Source of the DNA: Candidatus Methanomethylophilaceae archaeon
GTDB taxonomy: Archaea; Thermoplasmatota; Thermoplasmata; Methanomassiliicoccales; Methanomethylophilaceae
Assembly: GCA_050950505.1 (NCBI GenBank)
Contig: JBMNHS010000001.1
Location: forward strand, 704,001 to 768,000
DNA length: 64,000 bases
Direction of reading: 5' to 3'
How positions within the stretch are numbered: position 1 is the first letter of the stretch; every line of letters starts with the position of its first letter. The notes below the pieces were generated by a model. It was not told the DNA's origin, did no database searches, and saw nothing but the letters and a program-made list of their open reading frames with translations. The position numbers and the translations under genes are program-made. Shown here piece by piece: positions 32,521-42,902 of the stretch.

Positions 32521-35500
32521 TCAGAAGAAATCCTGAAGAGTGCACTTTTTGACTTTATCGTTGTCGAATACGGACTTCATGCTCATTTCCAGAAGTTCGA
32601 TTCTGTTTTTGGTGTAGTCGTTGACGTTGTAATTCTCGCTGACTTCTTTGGAAATCTCAAGATATTTCATGACGCTTCCTTTGTAAACCGTCATGATGAC
32701 GGGCGTGTCACATTTTGTGCATCTGCCGGTTATCGGTATCCTTCTGTATCTTTCGCCGCATTTTGAGCATCTGAATCTCTGTGCCGAGAAACTTCTCAGA
32801 TTTCCTATCATGTCCGGCAGGAAGTGTTTGTTGATGATTTTGGTTGCAACGTCTCTTTCGTCAACCGCCCTGATTTTTTCGCAGAGAGACAGTTGGGCGT
32901 CCATTTTCTCTGCCATGGTTTCGTATGTAATGTAAGCGGAGAATCTCGGACCTTCGGCGATATCGGAAGTGTCGTGGGTGAATCCCAGTCCTTCGTATTG
33001 CGCCGGAGTGCCGACACGGTTTCCCACCAAGTCCATAATCTTCTCCACTTCTTTGGTGTTGGCGAGTTCCGATGCCGCATGGTAAAGTTCCAGGGGGTAT
33101 TCCCGAAGACAATCCACGTTATGGGCTTCTTTGTCTATCTCGTTGGGATCCAATCTGGTGGTAAGAACCAGCGGCGCATCCATCATGCCTCCGCGGGAAC
33201 TCGGAAGAAAACTGAAGGAGAAATTGAGCAAAGCGTCCAAAGCCAGGATGATGCAATCTTCATCACCGTCGCAATTTCTTCTTTTTGCCGCATGGAAGAA
33301 GGGATGTCCGAAACATCCTCTTGCGGAAGTGTATCCGATGATTCTGCAAAGAATCCCCCCCGAGGTGTGAGGGGCGAGACCGAAGGCAATTTCACCAATC
33401 AGTCCGCTTCTGTCCGTCACATTGTAATACGGTCTGAGTTTGTACAATCCCTCAAGTTCATCGTCCACGAACTGTGCCACCTTCGTCATGAAGTCCCCGC
33501 ATTCCATAGGGGGGATTATATCCTGAACTTTCAGTTCGCAGATTTGGTCCGGATCGGTCAGGGGTTCCCCGTTCCAATCGTGGGTGTAACCGAGCTCTAT
33601 CGCCTTTTCCACAGTGAGTTCAATCTCTCTGGGTCTGAAGTGGGTAAGGGGAATGTCGGTCATGTCGTAACGGACGGTTCCGTCTTTGTTCACAAAAAGA
33701 TCGTGTTTGGCTCTGAGAATGCCTTTTTCGAGAGCCTCCGGGACTTTGAGTTTGGATCTCAGCGTCTGAACGCACCTTACCGCTTTCGGTTTATTCTCTC
33801 CGAGGCGCTCACAGGCAGCCGAAAGTTCGGCGTCCAGATTCACAGGCATGGGGCTGACGCCTCCGAATTGGTTCATACGCGGATTTATTTCTGACACGGT
33901 GTGGCTCTTGCAGTCCCGGCACCATGATCTCCAAGTAATCTTTCCGCAGGAAGTGCATTTTCTGGAGCCTACCTGCAAATACACATCGGAATTGGAGCCG
34001 CGCACGTTCCCCGCGGATCTTTTTGATTTTTCAATTGCGGTTATCAGGTCTCTGTTGGAATCCAATCCCGAACCCACCGGAAACAGGCCGTGGGATGTGG
34101 GAGCCATTTCTCTCTGATAAGCTTTTTCGGGACGTCCCATTCTCATTCCGATTCTGGTGCCGCCTCTGTTTTTGACGGTAATTCCCAAAGCCTTGCTAAC
34201 GGCATCCAGAGAGTCCTCTCCGTCAAACTTGCCTTTTTCGACGATGTTTCCCTCCTTCGGTTCCAGATTGAGACAATCAAGAATCACATCGCTGTATCGT
34301 TTGAATATTCCTATGCGGCCGTTTCTGAATCTGTGCAGAGCCCCGAGGTTCTCGAACAAAGTTTTAATGTCTCCTTCCGCGGGAACGGAAATGTTCCCTT
34401 CGTTGTATGAGCCATGTTCAATCAGATGATTCCTTATGCGTACCAGTTCATCGAGTTTCATGTCCGACCAGAACAGATTGTATTTCGGATGTAAGGGAAC
34501 ACCCAGTTCGACACTCATTTCTTTGGCTCTTTTGTAAGTCGGAAGTTCCCAATCTTCGGGAAGTTCCCCTTTGATCAGAATTTCCTGTCTGTGCCACTCA
34601 ATGCAGTATCCCGGAGGCACGAGCACGTGATTGTTTTCGCAGAATTCTCCGAAGGGCACCAGAACTTCTCCGTTGTCTACGATGCGGACGATGCGGCTGC
34701 GGACTTCTTCCACTTCTTTTTTGGTGTGACAATAAATCATGTCCCCGTTGTTCAGGACGACTGTAGGTCCTTCAATTTCATCACAAGGGGTCACGACGCA
34801 ACCCTTTCCGGGTCTTTCGATTTTCATCTGTGTGCCTATGGCCATGAATTCTTCCATGGCGTACATGGTGGCGGGACTGAAGGCAAGGGCGGCAAGCCCT
34901 GTTGTCCTGGCTCTTCCGTATCTCAAACGGAATCCCCCTTCTCTGCTGGGATATCCGAAAACGGGACGTCCCGCGATGATATCTGCCAGATAAGTTTCTT
35001 CCGGATAGATGGTTTTCTTGGCGTTCTCTTCCTCAACTTTGTCTTCATCTTTGGAGGGAGCGTGCAATTCCAGATATTTTGTTATGAAATCCCAACCGTC
35101 GATTTTCAGCGTATCGACGTGTTTTTTGATTTTTGAGGCTTTCTGGCACAGTCCTTCGGCGATGACTAAACAGGCACCCCCTCTGACTCTGTTGGTCTCT
35201 ATTCGGGGCAGATCCCGGAATCCCGATATCTCAACCTGTTCCGTACCTTCCCCGTCAATCATCACCGGACAGTTTCTCACTATGAGATCTATCTCCTGGG
35301 ACGTGGGCGAATACTGAAGGTGCTGTTGTTGTCTGTACAGGGAGATTTCCTCATCGAATCTGGCAATCTCCTGTTCGGTGGGTTGGTAATGGCCGAGATT
35401 AAGTTCTCTTCTGACAACATCGGCGATGAGAACGCTCATCGCCTGCGCGGTACCTCCCGCGGCTCTGATGGGCCCCGCAAGCATAAGATCCACGAATTCC

Positions 35501-35925
35501 GTTCCGTCATCGTTTCTTTTTACTTTGACGTCCGCTATCCCCTCCAGGGGAGCGACGAGAATTCCCTCGGTCAAAACCGCCAAGCCCACGCGTATCGCAC
35601 GGTCCAAAGCCATTTCCACGCTGTCCGCCGGCCTTCTGGCGACTTCTTTCGCGACCAACAGGGACACAAGTTCCCTGTTCCGGTTCTCTGCGGTGAGGCG
35701 TCTTATGTCTTCGGCCACGCCTTCGACCTGATAGTCCTTCAACAGTTCTTCTACCCGGGATGCAAGATCCTCGGCCTGAGGAACTTCAACGAAGGGCTCG
35801 GGGTCGATACCCAGCTTTCTGGCTTCTCCTGCAACGGCATAACATTCGTCCTTCTGTCTTGCAAGATCGGAGAAGTACCCGTACATCTCCTCGCTTGCGA
35901 CGGGGCCTTTTGTCATTTCAGGCAA
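32521..35925 (-). CDS. polC: DNA polymerase D large subunit DP2 (no intein)
   Basis: LTEGILVAPLEG, GPIRAAGGT, GGFRLRYGR, RMGRPEK, KDGTVRYD, catalytic KRRNCDGDED, C-terminal Zn finger. Confidence 0.97.
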   Translation of the reverse strand: MPEMTKGPVASEEMYGYFSDLARQKDECYAVAGEARKLGIDPEPFVEVPQAEDLASRVEELLKDYQVEGVAEDIRRLTAENRNRELVSLLVAKEVARRPADSVEMALDRAIRVGLAVLTEGILVAPLEGIADVKVKRNDDGTEFVDLMLAGPIRAAGGTAQAMSVLIADVVRRELNLGHYQPTEQEIARFDEEISLYRQQQHLQYSPTSQEIDLIVRNCPVMIDGEGTEQVEISGFRDLPRIETNRVRGGACLVIAEGLCQKASKIKKHVDTLKIDGWDFITKYLELHAPSKDEDKVEEENAKKTIYPEETYLADIIAGRPVFGYPSREGGFRLRYGRARTTGLAALAFSPATMYAMEEFMAIGTQMKIERPGKGCVVTPCDEIEGPTVVLNNGDMIYCHTKKEVEEVRSRIVRIVDNGEVLVPFGEFCENNHVLVPPGYCIEWHRQEILIKGELPEDWELPTYKRAKEMSVELGVPLHPKYNLFWSDMKLDELVRIRNHLIEHGSYNEGNISVPAEGDIKTLFENLGALHRFRNGRIGIFKRYSDVILDCLNLEPKEGNIVEKGKFDGEDSLDAVSKALGITVKNRGGTRIGMRMGRPEKAYQREMAPTSHGLFPVGSGLDSNRDLITAIEKSKRSAGNVRGSNSDVYLQVGSRKCTSCGKITWRSWCRDCKSHTVSEINPRMNQFGGVSPMPVNLDAELSAACERLGENKPKAVRCVQTLRSKLKVPEALEKGILRAKHDLFVNKDGTVRYDMTDIPLTHFRPREIELTVEKAIELGYTHDWNGEPLTDPDQICELKVQDIIPPMECGDFMTKVAQFVDDELEGLYKLRPYYNVTDRSGLIGEIAFGLAPHTSGGILCRIIGYTSARGCFGHPFFHAAKRRNCDGDEDCIILALDALLNFSFSFLPSSRGGMMDAPLVLTTRLDPNEIDKEAHNVDCLREYPLELYHAASELANTKEVEKIMDLVGNRVGTPAQYEGLGFTHDTSDIAEGPRFSAYITYETMAEKMDAQLSLCEKIRAVDERDVATKIINKHFLPDMIGNLRSFSAQRFRCSKCGERYRRIPITGRCTKCDTPVIMTVYKGSVMKYLEISKEVSENYNVNDYTKNRIELLEMSMKSVFDNDKVKKCTLQDFF

Positions 35926-36883
35926 CCGCCATTGCCCTCAGTTTCTCAAGGATGAGGTTCCTCAGCTCTTCCAGGTTCTCTCCGGTCTCAGTGGAGAAAT
36001 ATAAATTTCCGCTTTCTGTTTTCTTCAAATCGGATTTGCTTTCGACGACGATTATGTCCACGCCTTCGAAACCCTTCTGGACGGATTCCAGCAAAGTCTT
36101 TTGCTTTTCCACGGAGTATCCGCAGGATTCGGAAGGGTCCAACATGAACACCATCACGTCGGTAAGATATCTTAGAGCCAGTACTGCCTGTTTTTCGATA
36201 TCGTTTCTGTCGTCGAAACTTCTGTCAAGCAATCCCGGCGTGTCAATGATCTGATAAGTGTTCCAGCCGTCTTCCGCGTGTCCTATGACGATTCCTTTCG
36301 TTGTGAAAGGATACGGAGCGATTTCGGGAGTGGCGGTGCTCAGTTCTCTCATCAGGCTGCTTTTTCCCACATTGGGGAATCCGGCTATGACTGCGGTTGG
36401 AACGTTGGGTCTGACGGTTGGAAACTGTCTGAATTTGTTTTTGGCGTCCTGGAGGAACAGCAAATCATCGGATATCTGTCTGAGATAAGAGGTCAGGCGT
36501 CCGTAGAATCCTCTTCTGGAGGACTCTATGTAAGAAACGTCTTTGCTTCTGCGGATTTCTCTCAGTGTCTCATTCTTCAGACGGTCAACCCGTCCCGTGA
36601 CCCATCTCAGGGCCCCCAGGGATTTTTTGTATTCGTCGACCCCGATGACAAGATCCACAAGCTGAGGGAAAAAATCGTCCTTTTTGTCAATTCTGGGAAA
36701 TCTTTGGACATAACCCGACAAAGTCGAGGTGACAATATCTCCGGAAGCGGTGACTCTTGCCATAGCGGTCAATCTTCTGCCGTCTATCGCTGTCGGACCT
36801 CTTTTAGATATCTTGGCCGCTCTGCCGAACGCCTTATCCATCAATTCCTCGGAAGTGAGCACTGTCGGTATTCCCTGTTCCAT
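35918..36883 (-). CDS. NOG1-family GTPase
   Basis: IPTVLTSEELMDKAF, GFPNVGKSS, YPFTTK, DTPGLLDR..RN.IE. Confidence 0.92.
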   Translation of the reverse strand: MEQGIPTVLTSEELMDKAFGRAAKISKRGPTAIDGRRLTAMARVTASGDIVTSTLSGYVQRFPRIDKKDDFFPQLVDLVIGVDEYKKSLGALRWVTGRVDRLKNETLREIRRSKDVSYIESSRRGFYGRLTSYLRQISDDLLFLQDAKNKFRQFPTVRPNVPTAVIAGFPNVGKSSLMRELSTATPEIAPYPFTTKGIVIGHAEDGWNTYQIIDTPGLLDRSFDDRNDIEKQAVLALRYLTDVMVFMLDPSESCGYSVEKQKTLLESVQKGFEGVDIIVVESKSDLKKTESGNLYFSTETGENLEELRNLILEKLRAMAVA

Positions 36884-36926
36884 TTAGACCACGTCGTACG
36901 ATAGGGAACGGGTATAATATAGATTG

Positions 36927-39900
36927 TCAGGCCCGGCCTATCACGGCTTTCACAAGCCATAAATCCGTCCGCATTTCAGGATTGATTTTGATTGCCGAAG
37001 GCAAAAGAACGGATGGACAATCCTCCAGAACGATGCCTGCGGTGACTGACCATCTTCCCACGTCCCGGCCGAACAGTCCGCAAAGTCCCGACAGATTGCT
37101 TGAAACGAATACGCCGACATCCACCGTTGGGATAACATCCGTCTTATTCAGGAATTTCGGGGTGTTCATGCCGGTATGGGCCGTCATGGAAAGATGGATG
37201 TTGTCGTAAGGCAGCGAACGTCCGTCTATTCCGTAGGGATTTTCCATGTTGAACAGCAGCGCCTCCACTTCCCCCACGAGATACTTTATAGTTTCACTCA
37301 CGGTTTTGGTGTTTATCGATAACGCGATTCTGAATCCCGTCGCCGTGGTTCCCGCCAGATCCGTCACGTCAAAGGACACGAATACCGAAGCTTCGATCAA
37401 ACAGCCGGAAATATGCTCTATGGCCGTGGTTATGGCATCCTGTATGGCACGTTGCAAAAACTCGCTGAGATCTTCGGTTCCGTCAAGCAGACCGCCCATG
37501 TCATTCATGGTTTTCACCGCTGATTCCTTGAATATCTTCAGCATGGTACCTTTTACCAATTCTCCGTTGACGAAACCTCCGCAGTTTCCCGTTCCTGGAG
37601 TACCTTCGGCGAATACCCAGTCAACTGCTCCGTCGGCAACTCTCTGCCAGGTGTAACTGTTGTTTTCTCTGTCTTTGCCGACAATAGACCGATCAACTTC
37701 CTTTCCTTCCCGGTCGAGAAGAATGATGCATTCACCGTCCAGAACATTGTTTTTGTCATTCATCAGAACCATGTGGCTGTCCAGATTCACAACGTACAGT
37801 TCTCTGGGTGCCAGAACGATTTCCCCCAGGGTCATTCTCTTTGTTTTTGTGTTGGATCCCGCCACCAAAGTGTAACCGGTTATGTCCGCGCTAGTCGCCG
37901 AGGCATTGTAAAGCTCCACCCATTCGTTCCCCACATCGTTTCCGGGGGGATTGGATTCGAACTCATTCACCACAACTCCGGTTTTGAAGGGTATGTCGTA
38001 TTTCAGGGAAAGTCCCGCATCAAGACTTCCTTTCATACCCAGAGCGGGGAGGGGGATGTTGGACAGCATCGCCCCTATGCCGTCCAAATCCGACAATCTC
38101 ACACCGGCTTCCCTGTATTGGACCGTGTGAGGGAACACCACGTCCAACGAAGTGTTTTTCACAATTCCGTTCAGTGAAGCCAACCGGTTTCCGGTTTTCA
38201 TCATCGGATCCAATTTCATTCTCAGATTCCAGTCTTCTCCCGTAATTTTTATTTCGGAGGTTATGAAACGTTCTTTGCCTTTGCTCAGGTCCCTTTCGTT
38301 GATGGTCATGCCGCAATTGAATGCGACCCCCGACACCTCTCCGGAGAGTTCGACAATAAGAACGTTCTTCACATTCTTGACGAAGGATGCTATGTCGGTG
38401 CTGAAGGTAAGAGCCATTCCAAGGAACGATATCCCTACGGTCTGTTTTTTGAGGGTGGCTCTGAAAATGAACTCGACCATATCGGCATAACCGCCGACGG
38501 CACGATCCAGCATGGCGCTCAGTTCCCCCTCTGCAAAATTCTTGATTTCCAACATAGGACCCATGATTGCCGAATAAAGTTTTTCGATGACGGCAGTGGC
38601 ATAATTCATTATTTCCATCAGTGCGGGTCCGAGAATCGAAATAACTTCGTTTATTATTTTGAGAAGTTCCCTGATCGGTTTCAATATGGGATCCAACGCA
38701 TCGAGCAAAATCTTCCAACCGTCTTCTAAAAACGTGGTGCTGGCTTTGTATCCGTAAACTCCCTCAAGCTGCCAACCGCTCATTACCGGAATCTTCAGAT
38801 CCACATGTATCGGAACTGTTCCGGAGATGTACGAATCCCTCGTTCCCAGCAACGCGGCCTCGGTGCTCTTTCCTTCGGCGGAATATTCCAATCCGTCGGT
38901 CAGCACGACCCTGAACACCGTGCAGTACGCGGCACCCTTCTTTTCGTTGAATCCCACATAATGAATGCAATCCCCAAGATTGTTGTTCGGACCGAGAATT
39001 TCGATGTTCGGGGACAAGCGGTCCGTGACGGAGATGAATTCCTTTTTCGCATCTTCAGGGTCTTCCAGAACGAAGTATCTTTCGGAGGGAAGTTCCGTCA
39101 GTCCGCTGTAAGGGTTGAGATTCATGTTATCGCACATTTCTTCGCACAGGTTCGTCATGCGCATCGGCATGTCGTACAGCAAAGCCATCGCAGGCAGAAT
39201 CTTCATCCCCGCCATCGTGAGAAAATCCCTGATGAGGCCGCTTTGACCTCCGGGAACCTCAAGCAGTACGCTGAATCTGCCGGACATTTTCTTCGCTTCC
39301 GCCTCATAATGGGATATTACATTTTCGTCGTACAGGGATGCCCTCAGGGAATCCATGAGGTATGTCACATCTTCCGAACGCAATCCCGAATTAAGCAGCC
39401 TTTGCTGGGTTGCGGCAAGTTCGGGATGTTCCGTCATCATCGCTTTCAGTGCGTCAACGCCGAAAGCGGAATCGAATCCTTGTGTTAGTTTTTCGCATAT
39501 TGCACCGTAAAAAGGATCGTATATCGTCTGCTCGTCGATGGAACTTCTCACCGAACGTTCGAGACCGCCGTCCAGTCCGGACAGTGATCTTCTCACGGCG
39601 TCCATGACGTTTTCTGTAAAAGGCACGTCATCGTCAAACACGACCGGGACGGAAACCTGACCCAGAGATCTGTCGGAACCTATTTTCACCGCCGCGGTGT
39701 TCAGTATGCTTCTCGTCCATTCCCGGATGAAGTTGTGTTCTTCTCGGTATTCGCTTTTGAAATTCCGGATTCCGTTCCAATTCAATATATCCACATTCGG
39801 GTATTCCAACACGTTGGTGAATCCCCCGACCGTCACGGTGTGTTCCTCACCGTTCACCATTCTTGTGATTGAAGTTTCGGAAACATGGTAAGATACGGTT

Positions 39901-40967
39901 TTTCCGTTCAAGAGGTATCTGTAATCCGATTCCGAGTATCCGTTGCGTTCCATGATTTCTCTGATGTAAGGTGCGGCGGACATGGTGTCTTTGCGGGTGA
40001 AAAATCCCACCAAGGAGTCCCAGGCGTTTCTCACCTTGTCCGAGGCGTTGTCCAAAAAGTCCGCCATCACATTACCGCAGAAATAATCCTCCCATTGGAG
40101 AACGAGTCCGTCGGTGACGGACACCAATGCCTGTGCGTACACGGCGCCCAGGTCCAAAGTGAGAAAACCGTCTTCCGACGCCAGCAAGTCCGCCAAATCC
40201 ACGTGCCCCGTTTCAGTGAGGAATCCCTCTTCCGAGTCTCTGAAATAAAGGAGTTCCATCGCGGTCACGCAGCTTCTGTAAGATTTTTCCACATCTTCCG
40301 CGGTGAGGATTCCGTTCGTTCCCATGCTGCCCTGAGCGGCAAGGGATCCGTATCCTCTTATGACCCTTTCCTGAGCCAAGGCTGTCAGTTGATAAGACAT
40401 CATCTGGGACAGCATCGATCCCTCGCCCCGCAGTCCCGCTTCGAACAGGGAACCCATCTCTTCAACCAAAGGTAATGCGCAGCTTCCGTCCGAACGTACG
40501 GCAAGCGTCCTCTCCGTCGTGCCTGCCCCGCATTCGAACCTTGCGGTGAACGTTCCTTCGGCACGCAGATAAGTGGGCATCCGTCCTCCGTCGGAGGATC
40601 GAAGGGCTTCGGTGTGCAACCCCACATCCAAATTCAAAGGGACGATCCGTACGTTCCCGTCGTAAGAGGGGAATTGTTTTTTAATCCAAGTTTCAGCGGA
40701 AGATTCAAAATCATCCGCTTTCGAAGACAGGGTTCCGCTTCCGTTCCCGACGGAAATCAACAATTCGCCCATACCGCGATTGACAAAGGATGCGGTTCGG
40801 TCCACTGACGCTTCAAGCCGTTTCAACTCCTCTGTCACGTCGGAGACGTTGTCTTCCGCATCGGATATTCTGTAGGTGACGACGCCGTACCCCATCGATA
40901 GAATCAGCACCGTGACGGCGATGATTGTGAACGGCATGTTCCCCCTTTTGTTTTTCGCAATCGCCAC
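36927..40967 (-). CDS. Large (1346 aa) exported protein with a pilin-like N-terminus and a lamin-tail domain
   Basis: KNKRG-NMPF plus a hydrophobic helix; LTD motif VVVNEFESNPPGND..NEWVELYN..DITGYTL...SYTWQR..TPG..N. Confidence 0.75.
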   Translation of the reverse strand: MAIAKNKRGNMPFTIIAVTVLILSMGYGVVTYRISDAEDNVSDVTEELKRLEASVDRTASFVNRGMGELLISVGNGSGTLSSKADDFESSAETWIKKQFPSYDGNVRIVPLNLDVGLHTEALRSSDGGRMPTYLRAEGTFTARFECGAGTTERTLAVRSDGSCALPLVEEMGSLFEAGLRGEGSMLSQMMSYQLTALAQERVIRGYGSLAAQGSMGTNGILTAEDVEKSYRSCVTAMELLYFRDSEEGFLTETGHVDLADLLASEDGFLTLDLGAVYAQALVSVTDGLVLQWEDYFCGNVMADFLDNASDKVRNAWDSLVGFFTRKDTMSAAPYIREIMERNGYSESDYRYLLNGKTVSYHVSETSITRMVNGEEHTVTVGGFTNVLEYPNVDILNWNGIRNFKSEYREEHNFIREWTRSILNTAAVKIGSDRSLGQVSVPVVFDDDVPFTENVMDAVRRSLSGLDGGLERSVRSSIDEQTIYDPFYGAICEKLTQGFDSAFGVDALKAMMTEHPELAATQQRLLNSGLRSEDVTYLMDSLRASLYDENVISHYEAEAKKMSGRFSVLLEVPGGQSGLIRDFLTMAGMKILPAMALLYDMPMRMTNLCEEMCDNMNLNPYSGLTELPSERYFVLEDPEDAKKEFISVTDRLSPNIEILGPNNNLGDCIHYVGFNEKKGAAYCTVFRVVLTDGLEYSAEGKSTEAALLGTRDSYISGTVPIHVDLKIPVMSGWQLEGVYGYKASTTFLEDGWKILLDALDPILKPIRELLKIINEVISILGPALMEIMNYATAVIEKLYSAIMGPMLEIKNFAEGELSAMLDRAVGGYADMVEFIFRATLKKQTVGISFLGMALTFSTDIASFVKNVKNVLIVELSGEVSGVAFNCGMTINERDLSKGKERFITSEIKITGEDWNLRMKLDPMMKTGNRLASLNGIVKNTSLDVVFPHTVQYREAGVRLSDLDGIGAMLSNIPLPALGMKGSLDAGLSLKYDIPFKTGVVVNEFESNPPGNDVGNEWVELYNASATSADITGYTLVAGSNTKTKRMTLGEIVLAPRELYVVNLDSHMVLMNDKNNVLDGECIILLDREGKEVDRSIVGKDRENNSYTWQRVADGAVDWVFAEGTPGTGNCGGFVNGELVKGTMLKIFKESAVKTMNDMGGLLDGTEDLSEFLQRAIQDAITTAIEHISGCLIEASVFVSFDVTDLAGTTATGFRIALSINTKTVSETIKYLVGEVEALLFNMENPYGIDGRSLPYDNIHLSMTAHTGMNTPKFLNKTDVIPTVDVGVFVSSNLSGLCGLFGRDVGRWSVTAGIVLEDCPSVLLPSAIKINPEMRTDLWLVKAVIGRA

Positions 40968-41100
40968 GGCAATTCATTTCACGGAGGCATCATAAAGGTC
41001 CCAATGACAGTTAGTATTATTCCCGTCTGATGCGATTAAAACAACAATCTCTTATTAATAGGAAGAATAATACCCGTTCATTAAACAAAGAAGGTAAATC

Positions 41101-42723
41101 ATGTCTTCAACAACACAAACTAGCTCACTTGCCAAGGGACTTCCAAAGAAGACGGAATCCCTATGCCCCGAATGCGGGAAAATTTTAGAGGCCACCATCT
41201 ACGAAAAAGACGGTAAAGTGTACATGGACAAAGAATGTCCGGAACACGGTGAATTCTCCGACATATACTGGTCTGACGTGGATGCGTATTTGAGGGCCGA
41301 ACACTTCGCATATGACGGAACGGGATTAAAAAATCCCCATGACGAATCCTTGTCCGAAGGGGAAACCGTTCATTTCATGATTGACGGCAGAAGGTTCGAT
41401 GTTCTGTCGAGCACGGCTCTGGCGTTGATAGATTTGACCAACAGATGCAACATGAACTGTCCGATTTGTTTCGCCAACGCCAACGAGGCGGGGTATGTTT
41501 ATGAACCCACTTTCGACGAAGTCGTACAGATGCTTGAAGCCCTCCGTGCCGAGGAGCCCATAAAGTGCACCGCGGTACAGTTCTCCGGCGGAGAACCCAC
41601 CGTATACCCGAAAATCGTCGAAGTTATCGCCAAAGCAAAAGAGCTGGGCTTTGCGCAGATAATGGTTGCATCCAACGGATTGAAATTTTCCAGAGATTAT
41701 CAGATGCTGAAGGACTGTATGGAAGCGGGAATGAACACCATATACCTGTCTTTCGACGGAGTCAGCGATGATGTGTATCTTCAGGCAAGAGACCGGAAGA
41801 TGCTTGACGTGAAGAAAAACGTCATCGAAAATTGCAAAAAACTCAGGGAAGAAACCGGAAGATCCCCGTCCATAGTTCTTGTTCCCACACTGGTCCGCGG
41901 CGTCAACGATCATCAGATCGGAGACATCATCAAATTTGCCTTCGACAATTCCGAAGTCGTCCGCGGCGTCAACTTCCAGCCTGTGGCGTTCACAGGCAGA
42001 ATTTCCAGGGAAGAAGTTTCCGAAGGGAGAATCACTCTTACGGATTTGGTTGAAAAGTTCGAGGAACAGACCGGATTCGCGAGACCCGAAGATTGGTACC
42101 CTGTGCCCGTGGTCGCCCCCATATCAAAATTCGCAACCGAACTTATGGGCGAAAACATGGTAACGCTAACGGCTCACCCCCACTGCGGATTGGCAACATA
42201 TCTGTTCGAGGCCGATGACGGTTCCGTGACACCTTTGCCCCGTTTCATAGACGTTAGACAATTCTCCGACGAGCTGGATAAAATCGCGGATAAAATGGAG
42301 AAGGCCAAATTCAAAAAACTCAAAGCACTGAAAATTGTGAAACTTCTCAACAAAGTCGTCCGTGAAGAAGATATGCCGGCGGGACTTACAAAAAAGAAAT
42401 TTACAAAAGCAATAGGAAGTATAATGGGAAACAAATCAAAGAAGAATCTTGCAAACTTCTCTTGGAAGATGATGTATGTGGGAGGAATGCACTTCCAGGA
42501 CTCGTACAACTATGATATCGAGAGGACCAAACGCTGTGCGATTCACTACATCACCCCGGATTTGAAGGTCATCCCCTTCTGTGCATACAACGGAGGCCCG
42601 GAATACCGTGCAGGGGTCGAGGCAGAGTTCTCGATGCCCCTTGCGGATTGGAAGGCCAAGAACAAGAAGGCGGCCAAAGAATTGGAAGAGGCTTTGATTG
42701 TACCCGAAGATCAGAGAGCGTGA
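41101..42723 (+). CDS. tes: Tetraether lipid synthase (Tes/GDGT-MAS, MJ0619 family radical SAM)
   Basis: N-terminal SLCPEC..KECPEHG, TNRCNMNCPICFA, GVNFQPV, HPHCG, FQDSYNYDIER.KRC.IHY, IPFCAYN. Confidence 0.9.
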   Translation: MSSTTQTSSLAKGLPKKTESLCPECGKILEATIYEKDGKVYMDKECPEHGEFSDIYWSDVDAYLRAEHFAYDGTGLKNPHDESLSEGETVHFMIDGRRFDVLSSTALALIDLTNRCNMNCPICFANANEAGYVYEPTFDEVVQMLEALRAEEPIKCTAVQFSGGEPTVYPKIVEVIAKAKELGFAQIMVASNGLKFSRDYQMLKDCMEAGMNTIYLSFDGVSDDVYLQARDRKMLDVKKNVIENCKKLREETGRSPSIVLVPTLVRGVNDHQIGDIIKFAFDNSEVVRGVNFQPVAFTGRISREEVSEGRITLTDLVEKFEEQTGFARPEDWYPVPVVAPISKFATELMGENMVTLTAHPHCGLATYLFEADDGSVTPLPRFIDVRQFSDELDKIADKMEKAKFKKLKALKIVKLLNKVVREEDMPAGLTKKKFTKAIGSIMGNKSKKNLANFSWKMMYVGGMHFQDSYNYDIERTKRCAIHYITPDLKVIPFCAYNGGPEYRAGVEAEFSMPLADWKAKNKKAAKELEEALIVPEDQRA

Positions 42724-42727
42724 AAAA

Positions 42728-42898
42728 ATGGCAGTGATAGTGGATTTTGGAAAATGTCTTCACTGCGGCGGGTGTGTCGGCTCCTGTCCGCAGAATGCGA
42801 TATACATGAACGACTACGTGCTTGAGTTCAATGAAAATTGCAACTCCTGCAAGAGATGCGTCAAACTTTGCCCCGTTGCGGCACTGAGGATGGGGTGA
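42728..42898 (+). CDS. 2[4Fe-4S] ferredoxin
   Basis: CLHCGGCVGSCP and CNSCKRCVKLCP. Confidence 0.92.
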   Translation: MAVIVDFGKCLHCGGCVGSCPQNAIYMNDYVLEFNENCNSCKRCVKLCPVAALRMG

Positions 42899-42902
42899 TA
42901 TC

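Noticed and set aside
32521-35925. Intein in DP2
   Set aside because: KRRNCDGDED is contiguous and the 1134-aa length is intein-free.
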